Below are positions 23,935-37,079 of a DNA stretch of 64,000 bases, piece by piece. Every line of letters begins with the position of its first letter. Position 1 is the first letter of the stretch. The notes under the pieces were generated by a model. The model was not told where the DNA came from. It made no database searches and was given only the letters and a program-made list of their open reading frames with translations. This stretch comes from Chiloscyllium plagiosum (Eukaryota), in contig NC_057754.1 of assembly GCF_004010195.1 (NCBI RefSeq), positions 13,522,506 to 13,586,505 on the forward strand, in the 5' to 3' direction. Both the position numbers and the translations under genes were made by a program.

Positions 23935-25880
23935 ACTGGAAGAGAAAACCCTGGATGTCAAGAGATATTGAGGCTCTGACCAGAAAAAGAGGAGGCCTCG
24001 CTCAGGTTCAGGCAGCTCGTACCAAGGGAATACCTGGAGGTATGCAGGGGATAGAGGAGTTTACTGAAGAAGGAAATCAGCAAGGCGAAAATGGGATATG
24101 AGATAGCCATGGCTGGGAAGATTAGGGTGAATCCAAATTCAGTATAGTAAAGAGAAAGAGCAACTAGAGAGAGAATAGGATGCCTTAAAATCCAAAATAG
24201 GCATACATGTGTAAAACCTGAAGAGATGGGTAAGGTCCTCAATTTCCCCTCTGTGTTTACCATGAAGAAAGACATGATGACCTGTAACCTTTTGGAGGTT
24301 AATTGTCATAACTTGGTACTGACCATATCACGGTAGAAGTGTTGTTGGACATATTAGAATGCACAAAGTCAGACAAATCATTTGGTCCTGATCAGATATA
24401 TCAAAGAGCACTTCAAGAGGCGAAAGAAAAAACTTTAGGCGCCAACGTCCTGGAAGTCTGGGCAGTCGCAAATGTGCCCTTATTCAAGAAGGGTTGCAAA
24501 GAAAAGCCTGGGAAATATAGACCGGTAAGCTTCACACCTGTTTTCGGTAAACCACTTGAGAAGGCTCTGAGAGATAAGATGTGTATGTATTTGGAAAGAC
24601 AGAGTTTGACTTGGAGCAGTCAGCATGGCTTTGCGCGTGGCGGATGATGTTTTACAAATTTTGTTACAGGTTTTTGATGAGGTGACCAGGAAGGTTGACG
24701 AGAGCAGGGTGGTGGACGTAGTTTATATGGATTTCAGTAAGGCCTTTAATAAGGTTCCACATAGTAGGCCGCTCCAGAAGTTGAGATTGCATTGAATCCA
24801 AGGTGAACTGTCAAATTGTCAACGCAATTGGCTTGACGTTAGGAAACATATGACTATGGTGGAGGTATGCTTGGCAGACTGGAAGCCTGTGACAATTGGA
24901 GTGCCTCACGGGTCGGTTCGGGGCCTATTGCTGTTTGTTATCTATATCAATGATTTGGATGAGAGTGCACAACGCAAGGTTAGTAAGTTTGCAGATGACA
25001 CAAAAATAGGAGGCATTGTTTACAGCGGGGAACGTTATCAGGAATTGCAGCAGTACATTGATCAGCTGGGGAAGTGGGCTGAGAATTAACAAATGGAGTT
25101 TAATACAGATAAGTATGACGTCTTTCATTTTGGAAAGTCAAATCCAGGTAGGATTTTAATGATGAATGAGAGGGTCTCAAGGAGTATAGTGGAAAAAATG
25201 GACGTTAGAGATCAGGTGCACGGTTGTCTGAAATTTGTATCACAGATACACAGGACAGCAAAGAAGGCTTTTGGTACACTGACCTTCATCTGGGCATTGA
25301 CTATAGACGTTGGGACTGTACAGGATGTTGCAACTGTACAGGATGTTGGTAAGGCTGCAGTTGGTGTATTGTGTTCAGTTTCATTCACCTTGCTCTGGAA
25401 AGGATATTATTGAACAAGAAAGAATGTAGAAGAAATATACAAACATGTTTCCTGGGCTAAAAGGTTGAGTTATAGGGAGAAGTTGGACTGGTTCGAACTT
25501 ATTTCTTTACAGAGTAGGAAACTGAAGGGGTTCTTACGGAAGTATAGATTTTATCAAATCATGAGAGGTGTGCATAGGGGTGAATACTTCAAATTTTTTT
25601 TTGCAACGTTGGGGAATCGAAGACTAGAGGACATCTGTTAATGTTTGGAGAGGAAAATAATAAAAAGGAATCTGAGGGTCAACTTCTTTACACAGAGTGT
25701 GATACGCATATGGACTGAGCTGCCAGTGGAAGTGGTCGAAGTGGGTAGAATAACAACATTGAAAAGGCATTTGGACAAAGACACAGATAGGAAAGGATTA
25801 GATGAATACAGAGCAAAGGCAGGGAAATGGCAGATTGGCAGATATGGCGCAACATGGTTGTTCACGGAGCACGCTGGGCG
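23935..25880 (+). mobile_element. Decayed CR1 LINE ORF2 RT region to 3' end
   Basis: PLFKKGCKEKPGKYRPVS, SQHGF, GVPHGSVRGLLLFVIYINDLDE...KFADDTKIGG, FFTQSVIRIWTELP. Confidence 0.92.
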
Positions 25881-25889
25881 TATTGGATG

Positions 25890-26050
25890 AGCTAGTACAG
25901 AGGGGGAGCATTCCCATCCCAGATGGAGCCACACCACCAGACACACCGAGCATTGTTCACCACCCAGCTCAGTCCAGTATTTGAGGTCTGAAGAAATGTC
26001 CAGCAATAGAGGACAAGCATCAATAACCTTCCACACTCTGTAAGGATAGT
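25890..26050 (+). mobile_element. Possible Harbinger Myb/SANT-like ORF remnant
   Basis: RNVQQ*RTSINNLPHSVR resembles the RxxxQCRKKxNDL end of Myb/SANT-like domains; followed by intron-like C/A-rich sequence as at 44135. Confidence 0.4.
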
Positions 26051-26154
26051 GTCACCGTATTGTCTCTACTCCCTCACACTCACTGTATATCTGTGATAGC
26101 ATTTATCCCGAACAAGCCTCATGGTCCCCAACTCTCACTGCTGCATGCAACACT

Positions 26155-26202
26155 TTCTCTTTCGCGCTCTATTTCTCTCCCCTCTCTCTCTCTCTCTCTC
26201 TC
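26155..26202. repeat. (CT)n microsatellite
   Basis: ctctctctctctctctctctc run within a pyrimidine tract. Confidence 0.9.
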
Positions 26203-26699
26203 GCCTTTGCAACACCTCCCACATAGTTATAGAGTATTCTGGAGCATGCCGATTATGGAATGTTGCAGATAATATTCCAAATAATTCCCAGTTTTCGGAA
26301 AATGGCAGTGTCCCAGTGTGTAACACATAAGAGGAAGGAGTAGAGAAGTACGTTTTTCAAATCACACACAATTCAAACCATGCTGAGGCCATTCAGCCTT
26401 TCAAACGTACTCTAGCATTTTTTAAGGTCCCCACTGACCTGATGGTTTTCTCAGCTCCATGTTAAAGGAACTTTGAGTCATTCAAACCCCTGGGTTCCTG
26501 TCACTGACCAGACAGCACTCAGGCATTTTTACCCCAGTTTTTTTTTCAAGCACTTGTTTGAGGGCATTTCTCATGGGGACGGACACGCCTAACAATATAC
26601 CATCATTTTTCATGTAATGGTCAGCATACTTTACACAGACCAAACAAAAAAATACACTTATTTTATGGTTATAGATATCCAATCACACTTAGTAATTCT

Positions 26700-29600
26700 G
26701 GTTATTTCACTTGACTCACCTTAATGATATTAAACCATAAACAACTTCTAAACACGTCTTGTTATAAAATACAATTTCGAGCAGAGAACGTTCTTACCCT
26801 CAGGCGTTATCTTGACCGTTATCTGACATCCAACACAACAGGATATCTTTCCTAGCATGAAAACTAAGTAAAGTTTTATTTCCCATCTGTGCATCTGTGT
26901 AAAATATCCTGGGCAGGCCCAGGAAAACAGAAATCAGGTCCATCTCCAATTCAGTCCCCAAGATCCACTCTATCACACCTAACACAGTGCTCCAATATAG
27001 ATGAAGCCTGCAGAAGGACCACAAGCAATGAGTAAGAGTGACTGTGGTCATTCTGCATTTAGGACATGCTGAAGAAAATCCCACTTTGCATTTTGAGAGA
27101 CAATCTGGAGTCAGATAGACCCTATGAAGAATTTTCAACTGTATGGAATGGGTCCTATTACAGATCAAAATCCTTCGAGCATTTACACAAATATCTTCCC
27201 ATGTCTCCGAAGTGGCCTGAACAAAGCTGCACTGTCTCCTCTGAGGGGACAATCTCCAACTAATGATAAAGGGTTCTGACAGAGAGTGTATTCGAAGCAA
27301 CAGGCACCCTCTTCTCTCGATCGGATCTGTAAGAGTATGTTAAAACTGTGTTTTTTTTAAAATCGAATTTCTGATCTGGAAAAAATCAGGAGAGGTCTGT
27401 AGAGGTTGTGTACATACGAGTTATTTGATCAAATGATATCATTGTGTCTCCATCAAAAAACACGTGGTGGCTCAGTGGTTAGCATTGCCGCCTCACAGCA
27501 CCAGGATCCCGGCTTTGGTTCCAGCCTTGGGTGACTGGCTGTGTGAATTTAACATATTCTCGCCGTGTCTGTGTGGGTTTCCTCCTCCAGTACAAAGACG
27601 TGCAGGTTAGATGAATCAGCCATTGATAAATCACCCATAGTGTTCAGGGATGTGTAGGTTTGGGCATTAGTCAGGGTAAATACAGAATGGTAGGGGAATG
27701 GGTCTCGGTGGGCTACACTTCAGAGGGTCGAAGTGGACTTGCTGGGCACAACGGCTTGTATCCACACTGTAGGGATTCTACTAATTCTAAATCACTTAAG
27801 CAAGGTACACCCCTGGCTGCCCACAGTTTAAACCTGGAATCCATTATCCCCGGTTGATTACCCAGTAGACCAATTATAGGGGTAAGAAACATAGTTTTGG
27901 CTGTATTGCCCTCTTTCTGACGCACTGTCATTCATGCTTTAACAGTATTGATAATTATTGGTTTTGTCAATACTCCATAAATGTTGTCATTTTGTCTAAG
28001 ACCAACAGACTAATATGGGTTCACTTTGTCTGATAGGGTTCAATATCTAACCCTATTGACGCCGAGTCCTCTGCGGCCCAGGCGCTAACATAGGATAAAA
28101 AGAGCTGAATTGATAGCTTTTAATCTGGGACATCTACTCCCCACAATCTGTGTGGTAGTTCAATTTGGTTAGCTTGATAAACAGTCGCTTATGGCGCCAA
28201 ATAAATGAGCTAAACCAGCCATATGGTCACCTAAATACCTGTCTGGGAAACATCAAAGGAAGCATTCACACGGGGTAGAGTAAATGAGGAAGGACATTCA
28301 TTTTAATAACAGCTATCAGACCTAGCCAGGATATTGGAAGTGCCTCCAATCTTTGAAGGTCTTGTTTAATTTTGTCAAACAAATGGACATAGTTCACATT
28401 AAATAAATGATCAAAGACCGTTTAATGAATATATTGAAATAGAGAACCCCCCCTCACCCATTTAAAAGGAAACCAGGATTTGCCCTCAACATTAAGTATT
28501 TCCCCAAGACCTCCCATAGGCATGGCCTCCAACTTTGTAAAATTAATTTTAAAGCCCAAAAAGGCGACAAACCAATTAATGCATTGCATCACGTGAGCTA
28601 CCGAAATTGCGAGATTTGACAAAAACATAAGACCCTCATCTGCATACAGCATAATCTTATGTGAATTCTATCCCACCTCTGGGGCAGGTATGTTGGGGTA
28701 ATATTCCCAATTGTACAGGATGCCACCGAATCTAAGATTGTTACAGGAATGAGGAAGAGATCAACCCTCGTGTGCCATTTCTGCAGGTTAAAGAAGAAAA
28801 TAAAATTACTACTTGGGAGGTAGATCTGCCTGCAGACACCCACTACCTCTAGTTCAGCACACAAATCTTCTAATTGCTTACATTATAACGAGGGTATTGG
28901 GGGACCTTTGGGCAATCTGCCCACAGTGGGGTCCATAAGACAGTTGAAACTCCTTTTACAATAATGTGTCACGATGCAAAATAACTTAATTTGGGAAATG
29001 CATCTAACAAGATTTTGAGCGGTTGCGCCGGGTGGCAATAAACATTCAAAATACTGTATTAATTCCCATAGTTCAAGGCTTTGAGGATTATGATCCTTCC
29101 GTGAGTGTTTAATACAATCTAGTAATTTATATGGAAGATTCTTCCTATCCAGCATGGCTTCTCCCCTACTCCTAGTATTAAAAGATGAGAAATAAACCGG
29201 ACCAAAGCCGCCCTGCTGTAACGTCAAAGGTTCCTTGTCATCAAGGTGCATCTCCTGCAATAGTGCAATATCCACCCTCTCTTTTTTAAGACGAGAATGT
29301 ACATTTTTCCTCTTGACTGGCAGGTGGCTCCCCTTAATTTTCCAGGTACACCATTTAAGCACATCATTTTCCATAGCACACTGAAGCAACATTTGAACTC
29401 TGGAGAGTTTCACATCGAATTACACATCGCTGAGCATTAATTACAAAAGAATCATCAAGCCTAAAAACTGTACAAACTAAAACTACTACAACTAACAAGC
29501 TCTCAAAATTTTCCAAAGATAAACACATAAAAAAACCAAGAATGAAACAAAATCAAAAGTGCCAATGACACTTGATGGGGGAATTTACCACCCACCCCCA

Positions 29601-30850
29601 CCTCGCCCAATGGGGACGCTTACATATTCCAAAACTTTATCTTCTTCCCGCTACCAATATGGCATCCAGGGCAATTAATAATAAACGTTGGGCTTCAACT
29701 GCCCTTAGGTCGGCACATTTGTAACTCCATTCAGCTTGAGCTACACCTCAGACACAAGCAAAGAAAGAGAAAACTAGTAGTAGTTCCAATGAAGAAGTTA
29801 AAAGTGTGTACTCTACCAATTCCTGACTATAATTTAACACTGGTTAATACTAGAAAAGACCAACAAAATTTCTTTAAGAGAGAAACATGATTATCTAAAC
29901 ATTCAGCTTACTTTAAAATGCCCACAAAGTTTTCGCTTTCTCTGGAGAGTCAGACGAGTTCATTGATCCATTCAAAGCAATACGGAGCACCGTTGGGTAC
30001 CGTAAGGAATACTGGATCCCGAGTTCCCTTACTCTTCTCTTGATATCGTGAATTAAAGCCCTCGGAAACCACACTAAACTTCTATCAGTCTTTGTTTATC
30101 CCCATAACTATGTAACTGTACGAGAACAGGGCGAAGGCGTTGGTCTGATTCTGAACTCCACGCCGTAACCCGATGAACGGTCTTAGAATTCACCCGTCCC
30201 TCTTCAGCTTCGAAATGAAGAAATCACAGCAGCCAGATCTCGAAGAAACTCACTGGCTGACCACCTGCCATCTTGTCCAGCAGACCGATGATGTGAACAT
30301 TTTTCGTCCTGCCCCTGTTCTCGAGGTGGTCATCTTGTTCAGCTGAGGTACGGACCTCTATTTCAATGGCGTGGATCCTCTCGCGAGAAGAATCGATCGT
30401 GGTCTCTGTCACTGCAGTTCGGCGCTTGACATTGTCTGTTCTGTTTCCAAGGCTGCCTTGTTGCTGTTCATGTTTTTGGAGCACGTCTGACAGCGGTTCT
30501 AGCCACAGCTAAACTTTTATTCAATTATGCCTTCAATCATTTCAAGTAAATTGGTGAACTCAGTGACCAAGGCCTGGTGAGTAACTGGGTGTATCGAACG
30601 AGCAGAGTAGGTTGTAGCTGCGGCCTCAGGTATGCTCGATGTTTCTGATGGGTGCACCAATGGTGGGGAATTACTCGATCCTTTCCTGTGTTTTGTCATT
30701 TCCACTTGATTCTAACGTTCTTTTTAGTGTTGAATGTTTAGTAAATGGCTGGGATGGGGTGGGTAAGAGAATTACTTTGCCTGTGCTGAGATGCAAAGCC
30801 CAGTAAAGCAGACCTTCCAGATTTCCGCTATCTTGGATCGATACCATTTT
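26700..30850 (-). mobile_element. L1-clade LINE, near full-length outline but internally deleted and decayed
   Basis: ORF1 coiled coil plus LENRGRTKNVHIIGL (30224-30484); ORF2 from about 29374 LKWCTWKIKG...VDIALLQEMHL (APE); MLYADE (RT); FGxKINFTKLEAM; C-terminal CPKC...THCLWSFC zinc knuckle (26800-27300). Confidence 0.9.
27460..27785 (+). mobile_element. Full-length HE1-like V-SINE inserted in L1
   Basis: tRNA-derived head gtggctcagtggttagc (A box) and ggttccagcc (B-box-like), V domain, 3' tail ...cacactgtagggattcta. Confidence 0.9.
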
Positions 30851-31324
30851 ATCGATATTATCATTTCGTTTTGAATTATATTCCTGGATGTTCTGGAGCC
30901 ATGTCATTTGGTACCACTGTCTACATTTCCCCCCACACCGTGCATTCCTGCCAATCCCCGATAATCCTCGACTCCGTTGTTATTTATGAACCTTCTGTCT
31001 GTGACTCAATATCTCTGCCTCCAATGCTCTGTGTGGAAGAGAGTTACAAAGAACCACAACACTGAGAAAACAAAAATAAAACTCAAGATCTGAGTGTGAG
31101 AATAATTTTTCTTTGTCTCCTTATCTGAGAAAAGATATAATTACATTGGAAGTAGTTCGGAGATGTTCCCCTTCACGTATTCCAGATATGAGTACTATGA
31201 AGGCATTAACAGTTCACTCTTGGAAAGAGAGGTGATCTTATTGAAACATACAAGACCTAGACGAGAGTAGTTTAGTTAGATACCCACTGGGTATAGTCCA
31301 AATTTCTTGACATTTTCACATAAT

Positions 31325-31690
31325 CTCTGCAGTGTGGAAGCAGGACATCCCATCCATCAGGTCCACACTGACCCTCAGAACAGCATCCCCCCGGACCTGC
31401 CTCCCCCCCCACCCCACCCCACCCTATCCATGTAACCCTGAATTTCCCATGACTAACTTACCTAACCTACACATCCCTCGGCATGACGGGCAATTCAGCA
31501 TGGTCAATCCACTCTAAGCTGAGTGTCTTTGGCCTGTGGCAGAAAATTGGAGCATTGTGAGGAAACCCACACAGGTACTTACATATAGAATATTCAAACT
31601 CCACACAGAGCGTCGCCCGAGGTTGGAATTGAACCCAGCCCCTGTGGTAATGTGAGGTAGCAGTGCTAACCACAGGTCCACCATGCACAT
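31325..31690 (-). mobile_element. Full-length HE1-like V-SINE
   Basis: Reverse complement: gtggttagcactgctacctcac...gggttcaattccaacctcgggcgac...gtgtggagtttg; 3' tail near 31330. Confidence 0.9.
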
Positions 31691-32199
31691 CCGTTAGTTC
31701 TATTAGTTACTTGCGGCTGACTAAAGAAATCTGCCTGACTTGTTCTTGTCACTGAACCTGACCCAGTCTGAGACCGTTATTGTCGGCCATATCACCAACC
31801 CGGTTACATTTAAAATTTGTTGGGAGCAGTGAAGGAGTGGGTCTAGAAAAAGAAATAGTGACAGCCTCTAACCTCAGTCAGAGTGGGAATTAGGAGAAAT
31901 TCACCAAGTGGGAATTCATTCCAGTGGGAATTCTCTTTACCAGAAGTTTGGGAGGGCTGAATCTTTATATTATATTGAGGCTGGCTTCTTCTGAATTTCC
32001 ATAGACAGGTGAATCAGGGATAATGGTGCATGGAGAGCAAAGTGCAGCTGGGAACACAATGAGATGAACCACGACCTTATTTACTTGTGGAGTAGTGTCA
32101 AAGAGCGAAATGGCCCACTCGTGTCCCTCAACCCTGTATTCTGATGTTACGTTCAGCCCTTCGGGCCTGCTACACAGGGGCAGATCGAGGCCACTCCGA

Positions 32200-32440
32200 T
32201 GGTTAGGTGCAGTTTTGGAAATGTACTTGGAGAATCCAGGCTGCGTCAGGAACTGATCCCCACCCCCAATTCCTCTTTCCAGGCTTCCCCTTTCTGTAAC
32301 CTCTGCTCCAGATGTGGGTCATGTTACAGACCCAGTATGGGGAATACAGCCCCCATACGCCACCCAGGGTTAAGGCAAACAAATCCTCTGCTGTCCCTGA
32401 ATGCAACATTGTGCAACACGACTTCGAGGAAAATAACCAG
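32200..32440 (-). mobile_element. Third, more diverged fragment of the Harbinger transposase 5' region
   Basis: gcttcccctttctgtaacctctgctcc...tcatgtt...caaatcct...tccctgaatg aligns by eye to 20727-20880. Confidence 0.6.
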
Positions 32441-32459
32441 TTAATTTCCAAAACCATAA

Positions 32460-33750
32460 CATGCGAAATTAATAAATAGGTACAGGGGTAGGCTATTCGG
32501 CCCCTCAAGCTCGCCCTGTCATTTAATAAGAACATGGCTGATCTACTCCAGGGCTCAACTCCACTTTCTTGCCGACTCCTGCATCCCTCCACACCTCTCT
32601 GGGATAGAGAATTCCAGACATGCACTACCTTCTGAGAGAAGACATCAGTTTGCACCTCAGATTAAAATCTATGCTCCTTATTCGGTATATATGTCTACGA
32701 GTTCGACACTCTGCCCAGGAATGAAAACAACTTCTCAACATATACCTTCTAAAGCCCGTTCTATATCTTGTATGTTTCAGCAGTATCACTCTTCATTCAT
32801 TTAAACCCCAATGAATAATCACCTCACCATTATAGAGGTTATCAATAACTCAACCCTTTCATATCTGGAACCCAGCTAATGAACCAACCTAGTTACTTGC
32901 TCCATCAGCATGCTGACTTTAATGTTTCATTTCCAGGAACACTCCAATCTCGTTGTACTGCTCCTTTTATAGAAGTCCTCTCCGTTAAATAACAACCTAC
33001 CTTTTGATTCTCAGTGTCATCCACAAACTCAGATGCATATTGTACTCAGCTCCCTCCTTCAGGCTGTCAGTATAGATTGTAAATAACTGATGCCATCGAA
33101 CTGATATTTGTGTAATACAGCAGATACACATTGATCATGAAGATCCATTAATCCTGATTCTCCGATTTCTATGTGTTAACCAATCATCATCCTATGTTAA
33201 TACATTATCCGTCATCCTACGAGCTTCTGGCTTGAGTAAGATCTTTTATCTTGTAATACCCTGTGAAAAATCTCTGGAAAGCCTCTTGTTCACCTTTATC
33301 AAGTCCGCTTGTTACATTTCAGATATCTCCAGAAAAACGTTGTATGATCTTACAGGCCAAAATACAATTTCCCTTTCACAAAACCACACTGACTCTGTGT
33401 GAAGCTTTTCTAAATGTCCATGCTGGCAAGGATTTCCAAATTAAGCTCGTCCCATCTGCTTTCATTTGGCCCATAGACCTCTATATGTTTCCCATCCATA
33501 TGTTTGTCCAAATGAGTTTTAAATGTTGCAGCTGTGCATAGATCTACCACTCTTCCTCTGGCAGCTCATTCCATACCCACACCCACCCTCTGTGTAAAAA
33601 CGTTGTCCCTTCGTCCCTTTTAAATCTTTCCCCTCCCCCCTTTCACCTATGCCTTCTATGGTTGAACTCTCCCATACTGTGGAAAATACCTTGGCTATTC
33701 ACCTGAACCATACCTCTCATGATTTTATAAACTTCTATAATGTCAGCCCG
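32460..33750 (-). mobile_element. Two decayed CR1 fragments (3' end and RT)
   Basis: FSQKVVHVWNSLSQR; 3' tail gcttgaggggccgaatagcctacccctgtacc; second 3' fragment 33440-33750. Confidence 0.8.
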
Positions 33751-34224
33751 CAACCTTTTACACCTCCTTCTGATACTAACTTCAAGAACAAGCATTTAAA
33801 GATAAGTACTGCAAATTTGAAACTATATTAAACATGACAGTAAAACAATACTCAGCCCAAACTTCATACTGTTATCTGTTTTTCTCCTTATTACAATACT
33901 AGTAAGCATGAAATGCTTACTAGTGCCAATAAGAAGTCAAGCATCTGAATTTTATTGTCGAGAGGGGGTGATGATCTCTACAAAGAAAACGTAGCCATGG
34001 CCAGATATATATAATACCATATAGTCAACATTCCCCTCCTGGCCTCCCTATCATCTTGTCTGCTTGTGTCTTCCTTATCTTGCACTCAATAGAGAGAACC
34101 CCTTTCCCCCACTCACATCTTAATTTAAACCCGTTTTACATTATCTTCTTTTATCTTTTGCCACACTCTGTCACCCATTCCCCATCTCTGGCAAGGGATT
34201 AAAAGCCCATTTTCAAATCATTTT

Positions 34225-34490
34225 CAGTTCTGAAATTGTCGCACTAGACTTGAAACACTAATTCTGTTTCTTTAGATGCTGACAGACCTGCTGAGTGTCT
34301 CCAGAATGAATAGGCACAAAACAAATTTTCAATTAAACAAATAACTATGGATCCTGGAAATAAAAAGATCAAAAATTGCTGGAGAAACTGGGAGCTTTGT
34401 AAAAGGTTCACTGGACCTGAAAATTTAACTCTGCATTCACTACAGAAAATTCTGCAACATCTTCAGCAATTTCTGTTTTTGAACAATTTC
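34225..34490 (+). mobile_element. Decayed Penelope pLTR-like pieces
   Basis: agatgctgacagacctgctgagtgtctccag and an inverted pair aaaaattgctggagaa / cttcagcaatttctgttttt; hammerhead core degenerate. Confidence 0.45.
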
Positions 34491-34949
34491 CAACGACCTA
34501 TGTCAAAGATGCGCAAACATTCTGTCCAACATGGAGCGCTGTATACTCGGAACTGAACAATAACGCATGGTGACAAGTTACGCGACTCTGAAACTGCATA
34601 AGGCTGGCATCACTGACACTGCAGACCTCTGAATCATGGTCAGGGAGAAAAAACAGAGGGAAACACGTTCACTTCAAACACAGAACAGGCATTTTGGAAA
34701 GGAAAATATTCAGATTAGTATCTTAAAAGAATTGAGTTAAAGTAACAAATTGGAGGCGTGACACCAAGGAAAGAATTTCAGCAGAATGAGAATATGAAAA
34801 TTGAAGTGTGACCGCATCAGAATCCAGAGTAGGTCAATGAATACAGGGCTGTTGGGTGAATGGGTCTCGGTGAGAACTGGGGGTTAGTCAGTGGAATTGA
34901 ATTGTAGGTATTGCAGCTTAAACTGGGTTATCATCTGATGCTGTCGATC

Positions 34950-35760
34950 ACAGCAGCAGCAGAACAGAATTGTATTCAATGACAATCTGTAATCTTTCCC
35001 TCAAGATAATCCCTCAGTCCACCATTACCATCAAGCCGATCTATGGCTCAGTGACGAGTGTGGGTGACGCCAGGGTCGGTACCATGTGTACCTTTACCTG
35101 ATGACAACCCATTAAAGCTACCGCACGTGACTGGTTACATTCGAAACAGCAGAACTAACATCTGGTACAGAGGCAGAAATGATCCCACGACTAACAAATC
35201 AGAGCGAAGCTCTGTCATCCTGCCAAATTCAAGCACAAATATCGATGGACCATTAAACAACTTACTGGAGGAGAGGACTCCACAAATATCCCCATTCTAA
35301 TTAATGTAACACTCCTGTACATCAGTGTAAAAGTCAAGTATGTGATATCTACACTATCCTCAGCCAGACGTGTTGAGTGGATGATCAACATCACCCTATC
35401 ATGATGCCCACAGAATCACAGTCTTCTCTGCATTTTCGATTCGCTGCACGTGACATGAAGAAACAGTTGAACATAGTAGATACAACAGAGGCAGTGGGCC
35501 CTGACACCATTCCTGCAATAGTACTGAAGACTTCTGCTGCACAACAAGCTGTGCCCTTGGGGAAGCTGTTTCATTCCAGCTCCAACTCTGACATCTTCCT
35601 GGCAATGTGGAAAATTATTCAGCTATGTCCAGTTCCCTAAGAGGAGAATAACTACAATCTGAACAATTACCACCCCTTCAGTCCCATCACAACAGTCAAA
35701 TTGGTGGGATTTCTTTTTAACAGAACTGTCAAGCAGCATAGAGGTAACCAGCTCAGTGTC
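34950..35760 (+). mobile_element. LINE ORF2 fragment (CR1/L2 group, distinct family)
   Basis: DTTEAVGPDTIPAIVLKT...PLGKLFHSS...WKIIQLCPVP followed by an NYHPFS (NYRPIS-like) motif. Confidence 0.8.
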
Positions 35761-35784
35761 GTTTCAGATAGGTCCCCATGTCGA

Positions 35785-36255
35785 AATGGTGCTGTTGTGG
35801 AATTGTCATTGGATTACTAATACAGACCAGGCTAATGCTTGGGCAGCGGATGCAAGTTAAAAACAATTATTAACATATCGAGATCTAAAATCTGGTGTCA
35901 GTAATAGTGATATTGTGTCCAATATTGATTGTAAACCTCGATCTCCTTCCCCAATATACGTTCAGGAAGTGAATCTTCCGTGCTTTCCTGGTCTGCCCTA
36001 AAAGTGATTCCAGACACACAGACATGTGATAAACAATGGTCTCTGAAACGGCCAAGCAAGGCACTCAATTGTATCAAGCTGCTTGGAGTTCTTTAAGGAT
36101 ATACCCAGAGAGAACACCCGGCCCCAACCACGGTGTCGGAAAAGGGAATGGGAAACACAATCCTATTGAACCTGCAGAGACCTCCGTCCTCACATCTGAG
36201 GGCTTGTGACAACATTTGCAGAGCTTTCCCACAGACTGCCCAGAAACATCGGGAA
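35785..36255 (+). mobile_element. tRNA-like head plus start of a LINE endonuclease ORF
   Basis: 35790-36070 resembles the reverse complement of the element at 43535-43876; 36170-36250 resembles an ORF2 N-terminus (NIxGL...ELSHRL), decayed. Confidence 0.5.
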
Positions 36256-37079
36256 AGGAGTACGTCATTGAGCTTTCCCTGTACGAGCTAATGGCCGAAC
36301 ATCTCCTTAATGCAGTTTTAACCATACAATATTCATATCCCTTAATATGTTTAAACATTATGAAATATAAAATGAGAACTGTGATAGTCCCTTCAGCTCA
36401 TCAATTTTGCTCATCCATTCAATTGACAGGCAGTTCTCAGAAAACGTGTGTTGATTAAATACAATTTGGCTGCAATGTGATTCGTGAACCTTTTTCCATA
36501 AAGTGAACTCCCGTTCACTGTGACGCAATTCCTTGACGGGAACCAGCTGAACAGCAAAACCCAGCCTTAGGATCCTCTGTCTGCAAAATGTACAATTAAT
36601 GTGTTCAGCTAAAACAGAAATGCAATCTGCTCTGGAAGCTCTGAAACTGAGCCTGAAACGTGGAATTGTAGTTTACACTTAGAAAGAACTTTATTTCAAA
36701 CTGCGGCAGAATCTTGAGGAGAACCAGAATTTCCCCATCGGCATCACGTGTTCAGTCAGCCCCATGCGCTTTCTGGTGAAGAGTGTGTTGAAAGGTACAC
36801 TGCTGTAGTCAGTGGCTGTAGTTTGAAAGTGTTACATTTAGAGGACAGTTTCATTACAATATGTGATTTAAAGATGTATTTAGACTGTGCTAGTGCGTGT
36901 ATTACACTAAATTTAATTTTTGTTTTTACTGATATTTTGGGGGGTTCGTCCCTTACCCTCTTTTTCCCCTAGACCCAATTATTAATATTGCCCGATTTTC
37001 TACAACACTGTGTTGCACAGGAACATAGCTACCGTGTTATTGGAGAACAACCTGGACTGATATCTGATCTATCTTTACA

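Larger units (their letters stand above)
18535..24925 (-). repeat. Right arm of inverted segmental duplication (mirrors 7921-13926 and 325-1314)
   Basis: Reverse-complement collinearity through CR1, Harbinger, Gypsy and non-repeat flanks; shared private deletions; 7 mismatches in a 66-bp hand-aligned sample. Confidence 0.95.

Noticed and set aside
27462..27535. tRNA gene (also near 31615-31685 and 46085-46140)
   Set aside because: tRNA-derived SINE heads continuous with SINE bodies; no complete cloverleaf.
34490..34680. Possible minus-strand exon after a polypyrimidine tract (similar acceptor-like site at about 50750 on plus)
   Set aside because: No recognisable protein in any frame and no convincing donor or partner exon.
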